63,979 nucleotides of DNA, filler included, from Octopus bimaculoides (GCF_001194135.2; 5 parts of 4 records of this genome joined end to end with filler, not necessarily neighbours in it); one strand, 5' to 3'; counted from the whole stretch's first letter, positions 24,002 through 35,778 are shown. The notes: generated from the letters alone by a model not told the origin. A program made the numbers and translations.

Positions 24002-24358
24002 GTCATAGTAAACTGAGTAGCCATGCAGTGTCTTCATCGTAAGCTGTTAAGCTTATTGGTTTCCATTAGGGCTAGTTTTTAGCTCTGATATTACAACATT
24101 CATTAGAGGAGAAAGAGAGAGAGTGGAGGAGAGAAAGAGAGAGCTTGATGGGGGAGATTAAGCTTTATGTGACCTTTTACCATTACAAGTCAAGATTAAG
24201 ATGTTCCAGACTTGCATTCTTTGAATCTTCCTGCTTCTGGTACAGAATCTTCCAAAGATCCAGTACATTGCCTAAGGCATGTAACAGAAGGTGTGTTAAT
24301 GTGAAATTAGGATTCTTATGTGTGTATCTCTGTAAATAGACGCATGAACGCAAGCATG

Positions 24359-24420
<62 letters not shown>

Positions 24421-25043
24421 GACATACATATATACATTCTGTATAATTTACTTCTTTACAATATGATCTCAGGTATACTGGGAACCGATTTCTGTATTAA
24501 TATCAGTGAGTGTATGCCTGTTTGTGTGCATGTATGTATGTGTTCGCGTGTATGTGTGTGTGTGTGCTTGTGTGTGTATCTATTATATGTAAACTGAATG
24601 CTAGCAGTGTCATGGTAGCCATTTAAAACACACACTTATATTTACTTTTTAATGATATCAAATGTTACCATATAACATAATAGTATTAAATATTCTCATA
24701 GATTACCCTCATTGATATTTCAAATGACCATTTAGAGGATGGAAACTATTGATGTTTAATATATAATATATTCACTAAATAACAGTGATGTGTGTGTGTG
24801 TTTATGTGTGTGTGTAATATTAACACTCGATAACAGGAGAATGGATATAAAGGTTATGTGTATAGATGTGTTAAATGACTTCAGTGACTCTTCCATGAGT
24901 TAATTGTTTTAGTTTCAAGCTGATTTTGCAGATCAGGTCACTTGATAAACAGTTACAACTCTAAAATACACACACATACATACATACATATAAACCACAT
25001 CCACATTCACATACATACACACACGTGCGCGCATGTGCTACCT

Positions 25044-25205
25044 CAGCTGAATCAGTGAGCCGACACACTGAAGTTTTCCTGGGCGACCACTTTATCAAAC
25101 AGTAAACTAGACTGGTCACTGTTTGATAAAGTGGTCATCCGGGCAGTCGGGGGGTGGGGGTGGGGGGAAGTTGAACTGCAGAGTAACAGCTGGCTGATTC
25201 AGCTG
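25044..25205. repeat. Nested inverted repeat (MITE-like or hairpin)
   Basis: Outer 12-bp arms CAGCTGAATCAG/CTGATTCAGCTG. Inner perfect 19-bp arms at 25085-25103 and 25118-25136. Confidence 0.85.
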
Positions 25206-25226
25206 AAATATTTTATACATAACTAT

Positions 25227-25264
<38 letters not shown>

Positions 25265-26169
25265 GAAACTAAAGCAGTTACACAAACAGAAATCTCACAG
25301 CCATTTAAAATACTCATCTATACCATTATAATGACTTTTATCTATTGATAGTATATATTATATAGTATTGAGAGAGTCTTTCATTCTGTGTAAGTTGAAG
25401 AAAATATCAGTGGCAGTAGTACATACTAACACACACACACACACACACTTGCATGCATATACACATACTGCACAGGCTGAAGTAATCTGTCATTGCCCAT
25501 GCTGAAGACGCTGGGAATTAATGTGGAAGTCACAAAGTAATTCACTTAAATTTTCATGAAGTGTCTTGGTCAGTAATGCGTAGACTTTCAGACGAGGCAT
25601 CCAGCCAACATTTTTTTCAGAAAATCTTTTTCGATTTCTCTGTTTTAAACATTGGAAATCGCAATTCCATAATGAAAAAATATGTATGGCTTAGTCCCCA
25701 CTTCTTCATTTAACCCTAACCAGACTCTAAACTCACCATAAACCTATGTTCTGAATCCTTAATCCTAAACCCATTTTTTCTTGAATAATTATAATTTCCT
25801 TTATTTAAAATATAATTCCCCCAAAAAGAATCTAAACGTAAAAGAATTTCCCCCAGATTAAAAAATGAATAAGTTATGGCCAACCATGTATTCTGAAATA
25901 GAGAAAGGTCTGGAGCCCCCAGAAAATATTTTAAATTGGAATTTTCAATTTTTTTTCTTTCTCAGAATTGTAATTCCTCATGTCTTGCTTAAGACACAGT
26001 GATCTGAAGATATTTTCTACAATAAATAAATAAATAGATTAATAGATAAGCCAAAGATGACGATACTCTGTTCAAAACATTGACAAACAATGTTAGTGTG
26101 TTAGATGTACTGACTTTTTACAATTGCCCAAAATGTGGAGCATCCCAAATCATTGTCCCACTGTTGCTG

Positions 26170-26397
26170 TTTAACCCCTTAGCATCCAGATTACCCTGTC
26201 AAATGTAATCCTTATTTATTCTCATTGTTTTGAATTAATTATGGATTATCTCAAACCTCTGAGATTCTCATGATGAGACTGCTTATTTTCTAGAGTGACA
26301 TTGTAGGGTGGGTGTGAGAAGTGAGATCTGGTTGGTTTCAGCATAAAACAGAATATTTTGGCCAAATATGGTTAATTTAAATGGTCAAGGACTAAGG
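26170..26397. mobile_element. Degenerate piggyBac-like MITE (TTAACCC..TTAGCAT end)
   Basis: Begins TTTAACCCCTTAGCAT. The homologous partial copy at 43955-44047 ends AAAGGGTTAA. Confidence 0.5.
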
Positions 26398-26886
26398 TGC
26401 AAGCCCTTTATACACTCTTTAATCATAATCCTTCTGGTGATGTAATATGGAACCAAGTGCAAACACCACTTATGGCTTTTGTTTAGAGTTACTTTCGTCT
26501 AGATTGGTTGCCATTCATTGTCAAGCTCTACCTATCCCTGTTATTATAGTCTGTTAGTAGGACAGTGGTTGAATGACACCAGGGTATGTCCACACACTGG
26601 CTGGACTGTGTCTATCTCTGTGGGCATTGCAGCTCTGATTTCGACTACAGATTAATCTGGGACTGTAAGGTATCCAGTTCTTATGTGAGACCACATGGAG
26701 GCAGTACCAGATTCTTGAGGGTAGTAGAAAGACTGTGTTCCAATAGGAGACATATGCAAAGGAAGTTAGAGGGTGCACTATTGCACCAACTGTCCATACA
26801 CTCACGACTTTGCCTTTTATCCTTTCGGGGACAATAAAATAAATACCAGCTAAACACTGGGGTTGAAGGTTGTGAACTTGCAGAGT

Positions 26887-27244
26887 CACCCTTTTGGAGT
26901 CAACTTTACCTTTCACCCTTTTGAGGTTGACTTTGCCTTTCACCCTTTTGGGGTCAATTTTGCCTTTCACCTTTTTGGGGTCAACTTTGCCTTTCACCCT
27001 TTTGGGGTCGACTTTGCTTTCACCCTTTCAGGGTCGACTTTGCTTTCACCCTTTCAGGGTCAACTTTGCCTTTCACTCTTTTGGGGTCGACTTTGCTTTC
27101 ACCCTTTCAGGGTCGACTTTGCTTTTCACCCTTTTGGGGTTGACTTTGTCTTTCACACTTTTGGGGTCAACTTTACTTTTCAGGGTCGATTTTGCCATTC
27201 ACCCTTTTGGGGTTGATTTTGCCTTCCACCCTTTCAGGGTTGAT
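26887..27244 (+). repeat. Minisatellite of about 13 x 26-27 bp (CACCCTTTTGGGGTCAACTTTGCCTTT) inside a family A SINE
   Basis: The unit equals the SINE segment GGTCGACTTTGCCTTTCATCCTTTCGGGGTCGA. The array runs into the normal SINE tail at 27245-27335. Confidence 0.92.
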
Positions 27245-27574
27245 ATCATGAGTACCAGTTGAACACTGGGGTTGATGTAACTAACTTACCCCTCCCCCAG
27301 AATTGCTGGGCTTGAGCCAAAATTTAAAATTGATATTATTGTAAACCAGTACCTTGTGGTGATGAAAGGTTTTTGACTAATGTTCTCATAAAACAAACCC
27401 GATGAATAAAATAACTTCATTTTTGTGTCATGGAATCCATCACACAGAAGAATTTTGTTCTTTATTCTATCAACCTGGAAAAAAAACTTTTCTCCATTGA
27501 TGAAAAACAGACCATAAGAAAATATTGTGTGCACATATATGTGCAGGCGTGGCTGTGTGGTAAGTAGGAGAGAG

Positions 27575-27890
27575 TATCAAATATTGTCATGTTATAGATT
27601 GATGATATTGTGTGTACCAGGGGTTTGTGCTGTCTGTCAAGTCACAACAAGGAACTCAGACAGACAATACTTTATACTGTATGTGTGCAGTTTCAAGTAA
27701 ACGTGATTTTTGCAATACACCAAAATTGTAGGGTATTTCTAAAGTGCCCAGATGTTTCTTCCAGTTGGGTGATATTGAACCCAATGCTCCAATGACGGCA
27801 AGAACAGCCTCTACGTTTGACCCTTGCAGTTGTCACATCTTGGTGATCTCAATTTTCAGGTCTCCATATTCGTTGACCTTTTTTCGTTAT
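27575..27890 (-). mobile_element. R4/Dong 3' fragment
   Basis: EYGDLKIEITKM..VLAVIGALGS..LQKSRLLETAHI. The 3' UTR matches 21995-22090. Confidence 0.75.
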
Positions 27891-28059
27891 TTCGTAATAT
27901 GCTGATTATTACTATTATTATTGTTATTTAATTTTAATCTGAAAGTTTGTTACAATCACTTGCTGAGACACAACCAGTATCCTAGGGTGAGTGAAGGACA
28001 AGAGATGACCGAAAACTTGGGGAGGGGAAGTGGTTAGAGCAGTAGCAAAATATCTTCAT

Positions 28060-28735
28060 GTAATACAACACGGACATTTAAATCAATAAGGTTTTTCTAA
28101 GGATGTGGGCAGCACTTGTCAGCACAATCTTTTGAATTTTTCTGAGACACAGTTTGCCTGAGATGTTGTCTAGAGGTTTTTGACATCTTTTTTTTTTATC
28201 ATACCTAGGGCATCTACAATAACAGGAACAGTTCTCCCTTTAAGATGTCACATCTTTTGTATTTCAGTTTCCAGGTTCTTATATTTACTTACTTTGTCAG
28301 ATTCATTTACAGATATGTTATTATCAGTGGGAACACTTACATCTATTAGTCTACTAGTATTTTTTTCCCCTGTCATTAATAATTATGTCTAGTTGATTAG
28401 CCTGGATTGTTTTGTCAGTGTTGACTGAAAAATCCCTGAGGGTAGTGACATTTTTACCTTCAACGACTGGCTCAGGATGATGTTCATACCAGTAGGCAGG
28501 AGTGCCAATTTTGTAGTGTTTACATATTTTTCAGTGTAAATACTGTCCTATCCTATTATGGCAATTTTTGTATTTGTTTGGTGTCGTCAACACAGGACAT
28601 CCTGAAATGAGATGGTCTGTTGTTTCATCAAATGTGTCACCGACTCTGTATTTAGGGTCAAAACCATTTTGAAGGACGTTAGCCTGGTAGTTTCTGGTAA
28701 GCAAGCTTTCATCTTGTGCCATCAATATGAAACTA
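28060..28735 (-). mobile_element. R4/Dong fragments (CCHC and RLE)
   Basis: FILMAQDESLLTRNY..ETTDHLISGCPVL and KVSKYKNLETEIQKM..VPVIVDALGMI. Confidence 0.78.
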
Positions 28736-28758
28736 TTATCATCATTATTATTATTATT

Positions 28759-28972
28759 AAGGCTGTGAGCTAGCAGAATCGTTACCACGCTAGGCAAAAT
28801 ACTTAGTGGTATTTCGCCTGTCTTTACTTTCTGAGTTCAAATTCTGCCAAGATTGACTTTGCCTTTCATCCTTTCAGGGTCAATAAATTAAGTACCAGTC
28901 AAGTACTAGGGACAATGTCATCGACTTACCCACTCCCCACAAATTTCAGGCCTTGTGCCTATTGTAGAAGGA

Positions 28973-29007
<35 letters not shown>

Positions 29008-29205
29008 GATTATTATTATTAAGGCAGTGAACTGGCAGAATCGTTAGCATGTCGAGTGAAATGCTTAGTGGCATTTCGTCTGTCTTTATGTTCTGAGTTC
29101 AAATTCCAGGGTTGATAAATTAAGTACTAGTGAAACACTGGGTTGATGTAATCGACTAGTCCCCTCCTCCAAAATTTCAGGCCTTGTGCCTATAATAAAA
29201 AGGAT
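28759..29205 (+). mobile_element. Two head-to-tail family A SINEs separated by (ATT)n
   Basis: Copies at about 28759-28972 and 29019-29205. Confidence 0.85.
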
Positions 29206-29599
29206 TATTATTATTATTGTTATTAAAAAAGGCAACCTCCATCTGCCATATTGATAATATGTTCCTTTCCTCATAGAAATTATTCATCACTATTTCTCAT
29301 ATTACACTTCAGCTGCTTCACCACTTCCTATTGTTATTGATCTCCTCCTCCATAAACATCCCATGGCCCTTCTAATACTCTCCTCTCCCTTGTACATCCC
29401 GTTTCCTTTTATCCCCAACCTTTTGTCTCTTGGCAAATTTGTCTTCTGATGTTCATGTACATTAAAATTATAGGAAAAAAATACCAGATTGTCAATACCT
29501 TTAATTCTAGGATAGCTTGACACAGGGCTATTTTGTGGTTAAACAACTTCAACACCAACAACAACAGACTTGGTTGGTGGATGGTGTAGGGGTGGAACA

Positions 29600-29935
29600 T
29601 TACAAGGTTTCAATCTATGAAACTGGCACTCTATCGGTTACAACACCCAAGGGTTCCAGTTGATCCAATCAACAGAACAGCCTGCTTGTGAAATTAACAT
29701 GCAAGTGGCTGTGTACTTCAGAGACATGTGTACCCAGGGAGATTCAGCATGACACAGAATATGACAAGGCTGGCCCCTTTGAAATACAAGTACAACTCAT
29801 TTTCCCCAGCTGAGTAGAATGGAGCAACGTGAAATAAAGCGCCTTGCTCAAGGACACAACATGTCACCGGGAATTGAACTCACAATCTTGCGATCACAAG
29901 CTGAATACCCTAACCACTGAGCCACATGCCCTCAC
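29600..29935 (-). mobile_element. tRNA-derived SINE, family D
   Basis: On the minus strand: A-box GTGGCTCAGTGGTTAG, B-box GAGTTCAATTCC, then GTGTCCTTGAGCAAG. Other copies at 48245-48495 and 43255-43390. Confidence 0.8.
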
Positions 29936-30285
29936 AATCCATGAAGGAAATCTATAAAACATCAATTATTATTATTTAGCTCCAAGTCAGCAATGAGCAA
30001 TTAAGAGAACTCAACCTTTAGAATTTAACATTAAAAATTAATAAAGGAGTTATTTCTAATAATAATCAACACTTCATAAATATAACGAAGTTATTGACTT
30101 TGTGTATAGGATTCAATGTGAAGTGGGGTTGGTGCCTGAGAGGGTGCTTGTGTCTGCTTTGGACTACATAATCAGGTGAATAAATAATGAATGTATGAAT
30201 CATGTTACCAACTCGTACTTGCTTGTTAGTGACTACCCTGGTTTGTGTGTGTGTATAATATTATATAATCTTATTATATAATATT

Positions 30286-30560
30286 ATAAGGTAGAATGGT
30301 TAGCACGCTGGACAAAATACTTAGCAGCATTTCATCTGTCTTCATGTTCTGAGTTCAAATTCTGTCAGTCAACTTGCCTTTCATTTCTTTCGGGGTTGAT
30401 GAAAGAAGCACCAGTCAAGTACTGGGGCTGTCCGTAGTTGACAGGAGTAAATCATCATCATCATCATCATCATTTAGTGTCTGTTGTTGTTCATGCTGGC
30501 ATGGGTTGGACGGTTTGACCAAGGTTGGTATGCTGAGGGGGTACTGCACCAGACTCTAGT
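30286..30560. mobile_element. SINE family A (+) abutting an RTE-type 3' UTR tail (-)
   Basis: Consensus matches. (CAT)n is followed by CATGCTGGCATGGGTTGGACGG. Confidence 0.7.
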
Positions 30561-31624
30561 GGTCTAAAGTACACTAGGGTTTCTTCAAGACCCTGGTGTC
30601 CTTTGGAACCCTTTATTTGGAAAGTTCTATGAGATGAAATACTCCGATAAACCTGAGAGTATTGTTCGGTTCCTTTGTCTCATCTTTTTGTACAATCAGA
30701 TCATTTTAGCTTTACTCAAAAAATGGATTGAATGCATTGCAATCTCAGTTGATTTTAAAGAAACTTTTGATAAAATGCCATTGTTGGGCGACTTCCAATT
30801 ATAGTATCACCATCCTCATAATTTTTTTGGTTTTTGGAACTTTCAGAAAATTTTTGTGAATTCGTGTTCTACACACAGGAAGTCATACAACTATGAAAAA
30901 AAATTTATTCTTTAATTTTTTGAATTTGAAAAAAGATATTTTGAATTTTTTGAATTTTTTTTTAAAAACCATAGGCCAAAGTTTTGGACAGTTTGAATTT
31001 TTGGCTTATTTTCCTGCAATAGACCATTAAATGTGTTTATGGGAAGAAAGATATTGAAAGACATCAATACGTCAGTGACAAACAAATGAGGAGGGTATCA
31101 GGTGGTCGTAAGATGGGCTAAAAATAACAGCTAAATACCCCTTAAATCACACACAAATTTTTTTTCTTCAGATTTTATATAATTGTATGAATTCCCATTT
31201 GTTGAACACAGATTTGCCAAAATTTTCTGAAAATACCCAAAAATAAAAAAAAGTTATGAGGGGCTTTATGGGGTGCTTGAAGCACAATTCCACTCCACCT
31301 TACGCCCATCATTTGTTAGGGGGCAGTGAAAAGCAAATTTAAAAACTCTCCATCTTCTATAGTGAAAATTACCCAGCAAAGACAGGAAACTCAGAGTGTA
31401 TTTATATTATGTGCGCATATGTCTCGTTTCTCTGTTTTTTTCGTTGTTCGAAAAAGTTCATTTTCTTTTTTCGTTTCTCATTGACTTTAAAGTTCTTTTT
31501 ATGCATGTATGTATACATATAGATGTAGGTATGTACATATATGTATGGGTATATGCATATATTTATATATTATTTACATTATATATATATATATATTCAT
31601 ATATATATGTATATATATATTCTT

Positions 31625-32005
31625 TTATTCTTTTACTTGTTTCAGTCATTTGACTGCGGCCATGCTGGAGCACTGCCTTTAGTCAAATCAAATCGACCCC
31701 AGGACTTATTCTTTGTAAGCCTAGTACTTATTCTATCGGTCTCTTTTTGCCGAACCGCTAAGTTACGGGGACCTAAACACACCAGCATCAGTTGTCAAGC
31801 GATGTTGGTGGGGGTGGGGGACAAACACAGATACACAACATATACACACATACATATATACGACGGGCTTCTTTCAATTTCCGTCTACCAAATCCACTCA
31901 AGGCTTTGGTCGGCCTGAGGCTATAGTAGAAGACACTTGCCCAAGTGTCTTCTGGAACCATGTGGTTGATAAGCAAGCTACTTACCACACTGCCACTCCT
32001 GCACC
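31625..32005 (-). mobile_element. SINE family B
   Basis: Near full-length reverse-complement match. Confidence 0.85.
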
Positions 32006-32053
<48 letters not shown>

Positions 32054-32331
32054 ATACGCACACATGAATATAAATACACACACATACACTAAGCTATTAA
32101 TGCATGTTTATATGCCTTATTAACTGATGTGGTTTCCAGTCGATTGTGTTTATCCATGTATGGAGTGTGAATATATTTATGTGCTTGTGTGTAAAGATAG
32201 TCAACTACATGGTTGTTTATTTAATTGTGCATGCATTATTTCTCTACCTACCTACCCACCCATGCGTATGTTAATCTCTCTCTCCCTATCTATCTATCTA
32301 TCTATCTATCCATCTCTCTATATATATATAT

Positions 32332-32533
32332 AAATTAAATAAGCAGAAAATGGAGAAAACTTTTGATCAACAAACAAACAAGTTGACCAACATGGGTTAA
32401 TTATCTTTTAAGACAAAACATAACATAAATGTGTTTATGGGAAGAAAGATAAAATAAAATAATAATTAACCTATGTTGGTCAATTTGTTTGTTGATCAAA
32501 GGTTTTCTCCATTTTCTCTGCTTATTTAAATTT
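32332..32533. repeat. Inverted repeat with arms of about 70 bp
   Basis: 32332-32403 is the reverse complement of 32463-32533. Confidence 0.88.
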
Positions 32534-32786
32534 GATCCCTGATAAATTTGCATTTATTCAGTTTTTACCTGTACCCTATGAGCATAGTGCGCTTGCATAC
32601 CCATGCCCAGGGATAACAATAGGTAAATGATACCGGTTGTAAGAACAACTATTCTTATCCCTTCGATGGTTATTCCAATGCTAACTCTGCTTAACTTTAT
32701 ATATATACTTAATTAGGATAAAGTCATTAATTAATGATTTATCAGTGGCCAGCATACAAAAAGCAATATGAGTATAATTATAGAAA

Positions 32787-32890
32787 TATAATTATGATTA
32801 AGGGTGGTGTAGGGGACAGCGTCTGTAGTTTGTAGTTGTTTAACATCTGTTTCTAGCGTACAGGTGCTGTCCCTTCAGTGCCCTTAATCA

Positions 32891-32898
<8 letters not shown>
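32787..32898. repeat. Inverted repeat (18-bp outer and about 9-bp inner arms)
   Basis: TATAATTATGATTAAGGG/CCCTTAATCATAATTATA and GGGACAGC/GCTGTCCC. Confidence 0.85.
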
Positions 32899-32927
<29 letters not shown>

Positions 32928-34031
32928 TTAGGGAAAATAACCAATTTTCAAGAACTCATCGATGAAAATCCACTATCACATATAGAAAAATTAATAATTA
33001 AAAGCACAATAAATGAGTATAATATAAAGTAAAGTAAATATCATAAGATAAATATAATAATAAATATAATATATGTTATATTTATCTTATGATATTTACT
33101 TTACTTTATATTATACTCATTTNNNNNNNNNNNNNNNNNNNNNNNNNNNNNNNNNNNNNNNNNNNNNNNNNNNNNNNNNNNNNNNNNNNNNNNNNNNNNN
33201 NNNNNNNNNNNNNNNNNNNNNNNNNNNNNNNNNNNNNNNNNNNNNNNNNNNNNNNNNNNNNNNNNNNNNNNNNNNNNNNNNNNNNNNNNNNNNNNNNNNN
33301 NNNNNNNNNNNNNNNNNNNNNNNNNNNNNNNNNNNNNNNNNNNNNNNNNNNNNNNNNNNNNNNNNNNNNNNNNNNNNNNNNNNNNNNNNNNNNNNNNNNN
33401 NNNNNNNNNNNNNNNNNNNNNNNNNNNNNNNNNNNNNNNNNNNNNNNNNNNNNNNNNNNNNNNNNNNNNNNNNNNNNNNNNNNNNNNNNNNNNNNNNNNN
33501 NNNNNNNNNNNNNNNNNNNNNNNNNNNNNNNNNNNNNNNNNNNNNNNNNNNNNNNNNNNNNNNNNNNNNNNNNNNNNNNNNNNNNNNNNNNNNNNNNNNN
33601 NNNNNNNNNNNNNNNNNNNNNNNNNNNNNNNNNNNNNNNNNNNNNNNNNNNNNNNNNNNNNNNNNNNNNNNNNNNNNNNNNNNNNNNNNNNNNNNNNNNN
33701 NNNNNNNNNNNNNNNNNNNNNNNNNNNNNNNNNNNNNNNNNNNNNNNNNNNNNNNNNNNNNNNNNNNNNNNNNNNNNNNNNNNNNNNNNNNNNNNNNNNN
33801 NNNNNNNNNNNNNNNNNNNNNNNNNNNNNNNNNNNNNNNNNNNNNNNNNNNNNNNNNNNNNNNNNNNNNNNNNNNNNNNNNNNNNNNNNNNNNNNNNNNN
33901 NNNNNNNNNNNNNNNNNNNNNNNNNNNNNNNNNNNNNNNNNNNNNNNNNNNNNNNNNNNNNNNNNNNNNNNNNNNNNNNNNNNNNNNNNNNNNNNNNNNN
34001 NNNNNNNNNNNNNNNNNNNNNNNNNNNNNNN

Positions 34032-34180
<149 letters not shown>

Positions 34181-34232
34181 TTTTCGTTTGTTTCATTCTC
34201 TCTAAATGTCAATTTTTTTTTCTTTCTTTCAG

Positions 34233-34931
34233 ACATGCTGGCTAAGACGTACGGCAGTCGATCACCCCCACCTTTATCATCCCTATTGTCGCCATCCTCT
34301 TCCTCCACCGCCTCCGCCGCATCATCATCACTATCGTCATCATCAGCAACAGCAATAGCAGCAGCGCGGTCCACAGCCCGATCAGCAGCGGCGGCGGCAG
34401 CAGCAGCACTGGCCGCCTCCGGCGCAGCCATAGCGCCCCCTCCACCCCCACCCCCTNNNNNNNNNNNNNNNNNNNNNNNNNNNNNNNNNNNNNNNNNNNN
34501 NNNNNNNNNNNNNNNNNNNNNNNNNNNNNNNNNNNNNNNNNNNNNNNNNNNNNNNNNNNNNNNNNNNNNNNNNNNNNNNNNNNNNNNNNNNNNNNNNNNN
34601 NNNNNNNNNNNNNNNNNNNNNNNNNNNNNNNNNNNNNNNNNNNNNNNNNNNNNNNNNNNNNNNNNNNNNNNNNNNNNNNNNNNNNNNNNNNNNNNNNNNN
34701 NNNNNNNNNNNNNNNNNNNNNNNNNNNNNNNNNNNNNNNNNNNNNNNNNNNNNNNNNNNNNNNNNNNNNNNNNNNNNNNNNNNNNNNNNNNNNNNNNNNN
34801 NNNNNNNNNNNNNNNNNNNNNNNNNNNNNNNNNNNNNNNNNNNNNNNNAGTTTGGCGTCTGGTGACACGGCCAGTTGTTCAAGTACGCAGAAGTTGACAT
34901 CAGTCGGCAAGAAGAACAAGAAGACCATGAG
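34233..34931 (+). CDS. Putative coding exon of an unidentified host gene (Ser/Ala/Pro-rich tract, gap, basic motif)
   Basis: Polypyrimidine acceptor ttttctttctttcag| and consensus donor AG|GTAAGT. GC-rich open frames MLAKTYGSRSPPP..AAAAAAAA..PPPPPPP and SLASGDTASCSSTQKLTSVGKKNKKTM. The middle is N, so frame continuity cannot be verified. Confidence 0.6.
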
Positions 34932-35229
34932 GTAAGTGTTTCTTACGTCACAGAATCACGTGGGTAGTACTGAAGGTGTGGAATGATAAGGGAAGGGTGT
35001 TTATTGGTGGTGGGCGTGATGGGTAAGTGTGCCTGTGGATGTGGTCGTAGTGATGTGGTGTGGTGGTGGGTTACGGGGGTAAAGATGGTGTGTATTGGAG
35101 ATGGTAGTGGTGGTGGTGGCATGTATGGTATGTTTGTGTTGGTGGTAGTGGTGGCATTTTGTGTGGTGATGGGGAAGGGTGGGAGGAGTTGTGTGTTATG
35201 AAGTGCAATGAGGCATGTTGTAGTACTAG

Positions 35230-35500
35230 TAGAAGAGAGGGAGGGAGAAAAAGAAAGAAAGAGAGAGGGGGAAGTAAGAGAGAGTGAGAAAGACGGAAAG
35301 AGAGAGGGGAAGTGAGAGAGAGAGTAAGAAAGAGAGAGAAAGATAGTGAGAAAGAAGGAAATAGAGAGAAAGAAAGAAAGGGAGAAAGAGAGAGACAGAG
35401 ACTGGATTTGGGATTGAGGATGAAGGTATATAAGGGTGGGGCTGGAGCAAAGGAAAAGTGAAGGGATGAGGGAGAAGAAAGGAGGAGGAGGAGGAAAGGG
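35230..35500. repeat. Purine-rich (GA)n-type low-complexity tract
   Basis: Direct sequence. Confidence 0.85.
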
Positions 35501-35740
35501 AAACCTCAATCATAGCAATAAAAAGAACAAAATAACAGAACACCCCCACCACCACCAAGTGTTTTGTATCTCTTGTGTGTGTGTGAGAGAGTTTTAAGAT
35601 TTTGTGTTTGTGTTTTTGTGTCAGTGTAGGCATTGTTGTTGTTGTTGTTGTGTGTGTATTTTAATAGTTTTTGTGTCTTTTGTGATTTTTTTAAAGAGTG
35701 CATAGGTTTTTTTTAATCAATGCTGTCTCAGTAAGTGGGA

Positions 35741-35778
<38 letters not shown>

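Noticed and set aside
24181-24271. Possible 91-nt minus-strand exon (AMYWIFGRFC..) resembling a GPCR WxFG motif
   Set aside because: Splice sites are ordinary, the Gly-Cys spacing is shorter than the usual WxFGxxxC, and no partner exons were found.
26887-27244. CRISPR-like repeat array
   Set aside because: Units are contiguous without unique spacers, in a eukaryotic context with no cas genes.
26863-27262. ORFs with repeating HPFGVDFAF or TLLGSTLPF peptides
   Set aside because: By-product of the SINE-derived 27-bp minisatellite, with no splice or codon support.
29880-29935. tRNA-like A/B boxes in SINE heads (families A, B, D)
   Set aside because: No complete cloverleaf, and each continues into a SINE body, so they are not called tRNA genes.
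30570-31400. Possible DNA transposon with TACACT..AGTGTA ends
   Set aside because: The terminal match is too short and imperfect, with no coding relic.
34943-35633. Minus-strand ORFs rich in Ser/Leu/Phe/Thr/His
   Set aside because: Translations of GA- and GGT-rich low-complexity intron sequence.
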